Below are positions 26,467-34,900 of a DNA stretch of 64,000 nucleotides, one piece after another. The position numbers were made by a program, and so were the translations under genes. Every line of letters begins with the position of its first letter. Position 1 is the first letter of the stretch. The notes under the pieces were generated by a model that did not search any database, was not told where the DNA came from, and worked only from the letters and a program-made list of their open reading frames with translations. This stretch comes from a virus (Duplodnaviria > Caudoviricetes), in the IMG/VR virus record IMGVR_UViG_3300007770_000001; one strand, given 5' to 3'.

Positions 26467-29400
26467 ATGCCTCGCAACGTAAACCCAGCGGGCATCTCAA
26501 CCGGAGGTGGGACTGTTGCCCCGAACTCCGTAGAGGACTCCTCTCTTCGGAATCATCTACGGGATACCCGGCCTCTCGAAGCCCACGTCAATGATCCTTC
26601 CGAATCCCATATGGCGGTCACGGTTCGGATCACTGATAGTGGGGGGATGTACACATCGGATGAGGTAGAAGGAGCCCTGCAGGAGATCGGAGCAGGCCAG
26701 TCTGGAGGCCGGACCAACGGGTGGCTCCAAGGCGGGACTTGGACGGCGGTTGGGAACACCCTCACTCTGGACACCCCTTCCCTGGCTCTGATCGGATCCT
26801 CTGAGGTCTCGTTCTCCGGGTCCAGCATCGCCCTGCCTGATGGGACCCGCTGGGTTTACATCGACGCGACCACCGGGAACCTGACCTCGGATACCGTCGC
26901 TCCCAACCTCGTCAACGAACCCATCCTGGTAGGTCTGGTTGTGACTACCGGCGGGGTCATCAATGTCCTGACAAGCACGGACGCGCGGTTCTTCGTCTCC
27001 CAACTGGACCGGAAGCCTGCTCTCACTCTCCGAGAGACAGGAGGCACCAATGCCACGGCAGAAGGATGCTTCGTCACTCTTGAGGCGGCGCTCCTGTACC
27101 TGCAGACCTATGCGGCAACTGGAGCCTCTGAGGCGGAGACCCAGACGATCGTGGTTCGAGGGCCAATCACTCTGCCCACTACGGTGACGATTCCGGTTCC
27201 TGGGATCCGATTCGTCGGGGATGGAGAGGATGCCGCTTTTGTCACAGGGGCGACCCTCAACCCCATGTTCGATGTAGACGGGGTCACCAATACCCAGTTC
27301 CTCGACCTGACCTTCCGAGCAGACCACACCGGATCCATCGCTGTTGCCAGTACGGGATCCCCCGTTCTGAGTTTCCGCATGGAGCGCTGTCGGGTCATCT
27401 CCGGAGCTCAGGACTGGGACATCGGGGTGAACTTCCCGGACGCGACGGCCGTAAACACCGCGACTATCCGCGACTGCTTGTTCGAAGCGGATACTCGGGG
27501 AATCCTGATCGATCGAGCGCACGATACTCTCGTAGAGCACACCCGGATCATTGAAAAGGGTGCTGCCGGGGTCTCCGGAATCGAGCTCAACCTCTCCGGC
27601 CCCTTTGCCGGAGAGGGGAACAACCATATCCGTGCCTGTCGGGTCTCGGGCTTCACGACCGGGGCTTCTCTTACCGGAGATGGCTCTACAATCTCCAGCA
27701 CAACCCTGGAAGGCTCGAACATCGGTCTGCGTCTGGATGGAGGGGAGACCTCGGCAACGGATCTCCAGATCCTCCTGAGCTCTACCACTGGAGTGGACGG
27801 GATTCTCGCTGACGGTATTCCTTCCATCACCGGATGTTCGATCAACTGCCCTCGTACTGTCTGGGCCGCAGAGAACCCCCAGGGCATCACTGTCCTCGCA
27901 ACGGCCTCGAAGGCTCGGATCACTGGGAACAACATCTACGGTTTCGAGAACGCCACCTCTGGGTCCGGAATCCAGTTCTCGGCTTCCTCCATCCAGAGCA
28001 TCCTCTCCGGGAACACAATCACGAACTGCACGGACGGGATCCACTGCCTTCCCGGTGTCCTGAACTGTGCGATCAACACGAATACGATCTCCGACTGCAA
28101 CGTGGGTATCCGAGTCGAGGGGAACGACATCGATACTCAGAGGTCTTCGAATATCTCCATCGTCGGAAACCTCGTCACCGAGTCCGGAGAGACGGGCATT
28201 CTCCTCGTAGGGGAGATCCTGGACACCAGCGTAGAGGGGAACATCGTAGATGGGGCCATCCCGGGCTCAGAGACCGATCCCACGTCCAATGGCATCCTTG
28301 TTTCGGCAGCCAACGCGAACCTCCCTTCCCGAATCCAGGTGGTCAACAACCTCGTCTGGCGCTGCACTTCGGGGATCGAAGCCAGAGGAACCAACGCGAC
28401 CCTGCAGGTGGCTGAGATCAGCATCCAGGGGAACATGGTCCACCACTGCGCCTTCCCGGAGAACATTTCGGGCGTCACCAACACCTATGACGGGAGGGGC
28501 TCCAAGGGTATCGGGCTGGAATGGTGCTCAAAGGCCCAGGTTATCCAAAACAACATCCACAAGATCGGCACGGGCATTGACAACTCCGAGGTGGAAGCCT
28601 TCCCGAACGGGGGCGGCGCCATCCGAGATGTACAGTCCATCAGCATCTACGCGCGGAACTGTGATCGGCTCTCTGTAGACGGGAACGACGTCCGGGATAG
28701 TGTCGCTCTGGACTTCAACACCACGGGATTCCCTCTCGCTCACGGGATCTTCATCGAGGTCAACTCGGTCGCAACCGGAGCCGACTTTGAGGCGAACGAC
28801 TACTCGATTTGCGACAACCAGATCACCTGGGCGGCCATCCTTCCGGGGGTCGCTGGGGGCGGGGAGCGGGGGATCTCCCTTGAGGTCACGGCTGGGAGCG
28901 ATTCGGACACCAACCTCCTCCGGTTCGTGAAGACCTCTGGGAACATGATCCGCCGAACCCGGCGCAGCGGCATCCGATACATCGTCTCCGGAAGCGTCGC
29001 GGGAGGAAGCTCCGGGATCCTTCATGCCCAGATCAACGACAACATGGTCTGGAACGCCTGCGGCCAAGCAGCCCTCGTAGGGGAAAGCCAGGGTGGTATC
29101 GTCATCGAAGCCCTCGGAACAGGGACTGGCGACCCAATGGAGATCGTCGACTTCCTCGTCCAGGGGAACATCCTGGAGAACATCGGATCCCTCGCGGCGA
29201 CCGACGGAACTGGTATCCTCTTCGCTCTCTTCCGAGAGGCCAATCTCCGGGACATCTCGGTAGTTGGGAACAAGGTCACCGATGCGAAGGACTACGGGAT
29301 CTTCCTCCGGGTGGATTCTACCATCACAGGAGGACCCTCCAACCTGGATCGCTGGCTCATCTCAAACAACACCGTCCGGAACACAGACTTCACTGGCATC

Positions 29401-30168
29401 TTGGCGAACGCAGACGGGGCCGGAGTAGGTTCCGATGAGATCGACGGGGTCGTGGTCCAGGGGAACTACGTCGAGGACTGTACCGGAGGTGGAATCTGGG
29501 TCCAGGCGGACTCTCATATCGTCGGGCTGGACATCTCGAACAACCTGGGCAAGGACAACGGCGCCCACACTGTCACCGTTGTCTTGGCTGCCGCCACCCA
29601 GGATACCATTTCGGAAGCTCTCTCCATCCGTGGGAACACTGATCGAGGAGGGCCCGGTGTGGTGAGCTTCACCTCGAGCCACGGACTGGCAGGCCTCACG
29701 GTCTCCGACAACATTGCGCAGGGCTTCACCGGGACTGCCCTCAAAGTGGATATCGGGAGTTCCTCTTCTGGGATCAGCATCACCGGGAACAACCTCCGGG
29801 AGGATCTCCTTACCACCAACTCAGTTGGGATGGACATCGATCTCCCGAACAACGGCTTGCTTGGACTCACCATCTCCAACAACACCATCCGACAGGACAA
29901 CGGCTCCAGTACCAGCATGACCGTGGACTACTCGGGGGCGGGTACGAGTGCGAAGGGTGTATCGATCTGCGGGAACGCATTCTACGGGGCGACCACCAAG
30001 GTCACACGGACCTTCATGACGGTGGATGGGGGGCAGTGCTCGAACAACCTCGAGATCCCGGATGCTGGTTCTGGGGGCTGGGGCAACGGCGGGGCGGGAA
30101 CTTTCACTGACCAGACAGGAGGATCCCCTCCCTGGGCCAACTCCACTACTGTGAACAACCAGGACTGA
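26467..30168 (+). CDS. Tailspike-like protein with right-handed beta-helix repeats, 1233 aa
   Basis: Many (I/V)xxNx(I/V) PbH1-type repeats; N-terminal HVNDPSESH...VEGALQE anchor-like segment. Confidence 0.8.
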   Translation: MPRNVNPAGISTGGGTVAPNSVEDSSLRNHLRDTRPLEAHVNDPSESHMAVTVRITDSGGMYTSDEVEGALQEIGAGQSGGRTNGWLQGGTWTAVGNTLTLDTPSLALIGSSEVSFSGSSIALPDGTRWVYIDATTGNLTSDTVAPNLVNEPILVGLVVTTGGVINVLTSTDARFFVSQLDRKPALTLRETGGTNATAEGCFVTLEAALLYLQTYAATGASEAETQTIVVRGPITLPTTVTIPVPGIRFVGDGEDAAFVTGATLNPMFDVDGVTNTQFLDLTFRADHTGSIAVASTGSPVLSFRMERCRVISGAQDWDIGVNFPDATAVNTATIRDCLFEADTRGILIDRAHDTLVEHTRIIEKGAAGVSGIELNLSGPFAGEGNNHIRACRVSGFTTGASLTGDGSTISSTTLEGSNIGLRLDGGETSATDLQILLSSTTGVDGILADGIPSITGCSINCPRTVWAAENPQGITVLATASKARITGNNIYGFENATSGSGIQFSASSIQSILSGNTITNCTDGIHCLPGVLNCAINTNTISDCNVGIRVEGNDIDTQRSSNISIVGNLVTESGETGILLVGEILDTSVEGNIVDGAIPGSETDPTSNGILVSAANANLPSRIQVVNNLVWRCTSGIEARGTNATLQVAEISIQGNMVHHCAFPENISGVTNTYDGRGSKGIGLEWCSKAQVIQNNIHKIGTGIDNSEVEAFPNGGGAIRDVQSISIYARNCDRLSVDGNDVRDSVALDFNTTGFPLAHGIFIEVNSVATGADFEANDYSICDNQITWAAILPGVAGGGERGISLEVTAGSDSDTNLLRFVKTSGNMIRRTRRSGIRYIVSGSVAGGSSGILHAQINDNMVWNACGQAALVGESQGGIVIEALGTGTGDPMEIVDFLVQGNILENIGSLAATDGTGILFALFREANLRDISVVGNKVTDAKDYGIFLRVDSTITGGPSNLDRWLISNNTVRNTDFTGILANADGAGVGSDEIDGVVVQGNYVEDCTGGGIWVQADSHIVGLDISNNLGKDNGAHTVTVVLAAATQDTISEALSIRGNTDRGGPGVVSFTSSHGLAGLTVSDNIAQGFTGTALKVDIGSSSSGISITGNNLREDLLTTNSVGMDIDLPNNGLLGLTISNNTIRQDNGSSTSMTVDYSGAGTSAKGVSICGNAFYGATTKVTRTFMTVDGGQCSNNLEIPDAGSGGWGNGGAGTFTDQTGGSPPWANSTTVNNQD

Positions 30169-30169
30169 C

Positions 30170-30985
30170 ATGCAGATCCACGCCAACCTCGCCTCTGACT
30201 CCGTTCTGGGCACGGCCAGCGATCCGATCTCCGGAGGTTCCACCCTGGTGAACGGCAAGTACACGCTCCCGGTTCCGGAGGGTGTCTCCGTTCCGGTGAC
30301 TGCGAGCTCCTATGTTCTCCCCAAGGACTCGGGATCCCTCCAGACCCTCATCGCCAATGATCTCTTGGCCCGGAACCCTGGGTACCAACACCAGACGAGC
30401 AACTTCTTCGCTGCTTCTGCGGACATCGCCCTCCTGGACTTGGGAGCCGCCCCGTTCCCCGCCGCAGGGAACATTTCTACAGGAGCCGTTCCTGTGGGAG
30501 TCCCTGCGTCTGTTGCGCGTTGTCAGGTAGGTCGTGGAGCCGGGCCGGCTCCGGTGGGGATCGCTCCCAACTCCGTGGCCATGCTTCCGATCAACCCCAA
30601 CGCAGCTTCCACCACCTACGGTTGTATCATAACGGATACTCTCGACATCACCTCCTTCAACCCGGGGAACCCAGGGACGGATGAGGTGATGGTTTGGTGG
30701 AAGGTTGCCCAGATGTCTACAACCGAGGATATCGTCACCGGGTACAACATCACCGGAAGTCTCAACACTCCGGCGCGGAAGACCCTCGATGAGACTTCCC
30801 AGACCCCTCCAGGTCTCCTCGTCTATGCAAGTGTGGACGATGGTGTGACCTGGCGTCAGGTCCAGCATCTTCAGCCCACCGACTTGGTTACTCCCGGAAT
30901 GGATCTCCGACTGGCTTTCGTCAACGACTCTGCCGCCAAGATCCATCTCCTCGGGTACGTTGTGATGTTCCCCGATCTGCCCTAA
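30170..30985 (+). CDS. Probable virion structural protein, 271 aa
   Basis: Packed in tail operon; structural-protein composition. Confidence 0.7.
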   Translation: MQIHANLASDSVLGTASDPISGGSTLVNGKYTLPVPEGVSVPVTASSYVLPKDSGSLQTLIANDLLARNPGYQHQTSNFFAASADIALLDLGAAPFPAAGNISTGAVPVGVPASVARCQVGRGAGPAPVGIAPNSVAMLPINPNAASTTYGCIITDTLDITSFNPGNPGTDEVMVWWKVAQMSTTEDIVTGYNITGSLNTPARKTLDETSQTPPGLLVYASVDDGVTWRQVQHLQPTDLVTPGMDLRLAFVNDSAAKIHLLGYVVMFPDLP

Positions 30986-31042
30986 GCGGTTCCCCGCCTA
31001 TACAGATCGGCGGGTAGCGCACCGGTAGAGAAGGGATCCAGT

Positions 31043-31909
31043 ATGGCTCAAGATTTCGGCACCGGCGTCTCTCGTACGCTCTCTGCTGCGGATCCTGTGC
31101 AGTATCGTGGATTGGGGGGGGTTTATCGTCTCTGGGTCTCCCCCCACCATTTCTACGTAGGGAGATCCAGAGATCTTCTCTCCCGTATTCGACACCACAG
31201 GAACTCCTTGTGTCGGAACGCCCATTCTAACCAACACATGCAGAACACTTTCAACAAGTACGGTGGTTTTCGGTGGGAAATCATTGCTCTTTCTGAGGAC
31301 AGAGCAGAGCAGGTCCAAATCGAGAGAAGTGTGTTGGATGACCTCTACAGGACTTCTGGATGCTTGAACAAAAGTGATCGGGCTGTAGGGGGGTGTCGGA
31401 AAGGTCCTCTGTCCGAGAAGACTAAAAAGAAAATCTCGGAAACCAAACAGAAGAACCCGTATCAAGCCACTCCCGAAGCTCGTGCTCGGATGAGTGCTGC
31501 TGCGAGGGGACGCCCCAAAACGGCCGCACACGTCCGGAACAATGCAGAGGCTCAAAAGGGGAAGAAGTTGTCCCCGGAGACCAAACGGAAGATCTCTGAG
31601 TCTCTGAAAGGCAGGAAGCCTTCTCCGGAAACTGTAGAGAAGATTCGAAAAGCGAACCTTGGGAAGAAACGCACTCCCGAGCAGAAGAGACGTCTAAGTG
31701 AAGGGCAGAAGGGGAAAGTTCTCACGCCGGAACATCGCCAGAAAATATCCGAATCCCTCCGGGGTCGGAAACATTCCGAAGAGGCCCGGCGGAAGATGTC
31801 TGTTTCCCAGAGAGGTCGTACTCACTCTGAGGAAACAAAAGCGAAAATTGCATCCGCTCGAAGAGCTTACTTCGAACGGAAACGAGCCCAAGCCCGCCCG
31901 GAGGCCTAA
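31043..31909 (+). CDS. GIY-YIG homing endonuclease with NUMOD3 repeats, fused to 17 codons matching the downstream gene's N-terminus
   Basis: GVYRL...FYVGRSRDL..R...H; repeated xSEETKxKISE motifs; N-term MAQDFGTGVSRTLSAAD. Confidence 0.9.
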   Translation: MAQDFGTGVSRTLSAADPVQYRGLGGVYRLWVSPHHFYVGRSRDLLSRIRHHRNSLCRNAHSNQHMQNTFNKYGGFRWEIIALSEDRAEQVQIERSVLDDLYRTSGCLNKSDRAVGGCRKGPLSEKTKKKISETKQKNPYQATPEARARMSAAARGRPKTAAHVRNNAEAQKGKKLSPETKRKISESLKGRKPSPETVEKIRKANLGKKRTPEQKRRLSEGQKGKVLTPEHRQKISESLRGRKHSEEARRKMSVSQRGRTHSEETKAKIASARRAYFERKRAQARPEA

Positions 31910-31959
31910 TGGCTATGAATTTCGGTAATGGCGTCTCTCGCACCCTGTCCGCTGCGGAC
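31094..31959 (+). mobile_element. Inferred GIY-YIG cassette carrying a replacement 5' end of the tail gene
   Basis: 31043-31093 vs 31909-31959: 14/17 aa, 39/51 nt identical; insert is AT-richer than flanks. Confidence 0.7.
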
Positions 31960-34900
31960 AGGGGTTATGCGGTCGTCGTATGGCAGGTTGACAAACCGCC
32001 TCTGGATTCTGAGTTCAACCTGGCTGCCCAGGCTGCTTGGGAGCGTGAGGCCAATGCGGTCCGGGCGCAGATGCCCTCAGGGTTTCTCCTGGACCCGTTC
32101 CAGTCGGATGCCGACTACGTCACGGACGAGAACTGGTCGAACTGGCTACAGTTGGGACGTCCCGCAGCAGGGGATCAGACCCCGGTCCTTTGGGCCAATG
32201 TCAACGGGTGGCTCATCCCCGTAGCGGGCTCCAACGCCACTGATCTGTCCAACCGGATCAACCTCTGGAACCCGCCGACTACGGATGCCCGCACGGACTT
32301 CATCTTCCTCGAGGTCTGGCTCTCCCTGGTGGCTCCCAACCCCTCCACGGTCAACAAGCCTTCTGCGAGCACGATCTACAAGTACGGGAACACGGAGTTT
32401 GGCGGTACCAACATCGCCGATGATCTCATGGACCCGAACATCGGGATCGAGACTTCGGAGCGGGTGCAGATCCAGTACCGACTCCGAGTCGTGGGGCAGG
32501 GGGCAGGACTGGGCTCCAGCGTGGATCTGACCACATACCCTGACGGGCTGGGAGACCCCAACGTCCTGGCCCAGGGCAATGCGACGGCCCCCCAAGCAGG
32601 TCTCTCCTACGTCAACATGGGAGAGACCCTGGGAGATCCCGGTCTCTGGCGGGCGGGGGATGGAGACTCCACCAACGCTCTTGCGACGGTGGACGGCTAC
32701 TCCTACGCAATCCCCGTGTGTGGGATCTTCCGGCGAAACACGAGCTCGTTCGTCGCGAGGACCACCAGTGGGAATGCCAACCAGAACGGAGCTCTGGATC
32801 GCAACCCAAGCTCTACCACCCCGACCACTCCCGTTGAGGCGACCAGGACATTCACCGAAGTCACGTTGACCTCAGCGATCGACGAGACTGCAACCGGCGC
32901 TGTACAAGTTGACGGGCTGGCCTCCTCGGGTCTGGACAACAGCGACATTGACTGGGATAGCACGTTCCTCGTCATCGATGGCGAGATCATCTACATCGAG
33001 AGCGTCTCGACCGCCACCACTCCCGGGACGATCACCATCAGGGCCACTGAAGGCCGGGGTCGGAACGGAACACAGGCAGCCCCGCACGATGCTGGGGTCT
33101 CCGTACAGTTCTACAACTTCCGCCCTGATGGGAAGTTCTCCGACCAGATCCTTCCCGACGACATCCTCGACCTACGGCGAGGAGTCCAGGCAGGGGACTG
33201 GGACTACAAGGCCCTGCTCGCTCACAATCTGGGCAAACTGTTCGAGAACACCCTCAAGTCGGCGTTCAAGCAGGCCGGTCCCTCGGATACCCAGGGACCT
33301 GTGGTCTTCGAGGTGGACACCCTCCACGCCAACTCGGCGACCTCGACTCCCAACCAGACCGAGGCCCTGGACGGCCCTGACGGTATCCGGGAGGTTTTCT
33401 CCGATGCCTCGGTCCTACAGTCGAACGTTTCTATCATCCTGAATCCCGAGATTGGATCCGGGGGTTCTGCGGTGGTCATCTCCGACTTCACGTCGGACGC
33501 AACCTCCTGGGGTCCTGCAGCTGAGTTCGTCCCTGACGGATTCCAGCCGGATGGCGGGGGTTGGGACAACCAGACGATCATCCATCTCTACATCGGAGGA
33601 GCGACCGGGTCTGGAGGCGCTCGCGCCACCGTTCGTGGGAGCGAGAACAAGATCGTCCGCTTCATCTCCCCACGGGAGCATTGGCTTACCCGCGATGAGA
33701 TCGAAACCGATGCCGGCATCGGCGTTTCCGGAAACCAGTACCCGTTCCTGTTCCGTCTCCTTGAGGAAGGTTGGGGGGACCCTGCCGGGGCTGACGAGCC
33801 TGCTGTGCAGCACCCGGGCCCCATGTTCCCCCTTCCCGAGTACAACTTCGAGCGTCCGTTCATCGTCCTCGGAGGGTCAGTCAACTCCCTCCTGGCATCC
33901 AGCACCGCAGAGGCCGTCGCTACGGGATCCAGTCCTGCCGGGTTCTCCTTGGTTCGCTTTTCGGGCCTGGACTTCGACACTCCCGGGGACTGGTTCCCCA
34001 CAGGCGACGTATCCAGCTTGTCCCCCGAGGGCGTCACCAACACGCTCCTCCATGGACAGCGGAACCTTTTCGATATGGTGACCAATGGAGGTCGGGATCG
34101 CTCCGGAGCGAGCTCCGAGCTCTATCTGGTTCTGGAAGGGGACCTCACCACTCCAGCCAACAACGGAGTCTGGCGGGTCATCGGAGCGGGCACCGCAGGC
34201 TACACAACGGTGGACGGAGCTACGGCCGAGGATCTCGTGGTCGAGCGTGTAGGGGTCGGCGCGAACGTCTTGGTCGCAGGGACAAGCCTCACGGCCTCGG
34301 TCCGTTCCCAGTACACTCACACCGAGGACGGAACCGTAGCTGGAGAGTCCGCTGCAGTCGTCGTTCTCACAGACCTGGGTGGGGCGGTTGGCGGGCTGAC
34401 CTACCCTTGGGACAGCCTCACATCCCTTCCTTCCGTCAGCCAGGCTGTGCTGGACACCACGATTCAGTACAATCCCAGCCGAGGCGGAACAGCTCGAGTG
34501 GCCAACAAGGTCCGTCGAGTTGCCATGGTGGGTGTGGACTCAGCGGAACTCGTTCGCGAGGCGCCGACAGGAATCGACACCAGCTTCGATTCCCAGGCTG
34601 GCATTCCTGAAGGGGAGATCTACTTCCCCTTCTCCCACGTCCAGACTTGGAACCGTCTCCCCAGCCTGGGTCTCTCTGCTCCGAGAGCTCCCGCCTATGG
34701 CAACAGTTCCTACTTCGGAGAGTATCGACGGGAAGCTGAGGCCTTCGTCGACGCAGGATCCAAGACTCTTGTTCTCCGCCCTTTCCAGAGGACTGATCTC
34801 ACCCTGGTTCGCTACCGGGCCACGGCGGGCGCCACGGATCGATTCTTCCCCGACACCTACACGGCCGGAGCCAGCGCAGGAACCTCAGTGGACGGAGGTC

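Noticed and set aside
31094-31908. Group I intron containing the GIY-YIG gene
   Set aside because: No flanking non-coding sequence for an intron core; the downstream gene has its own complete start.
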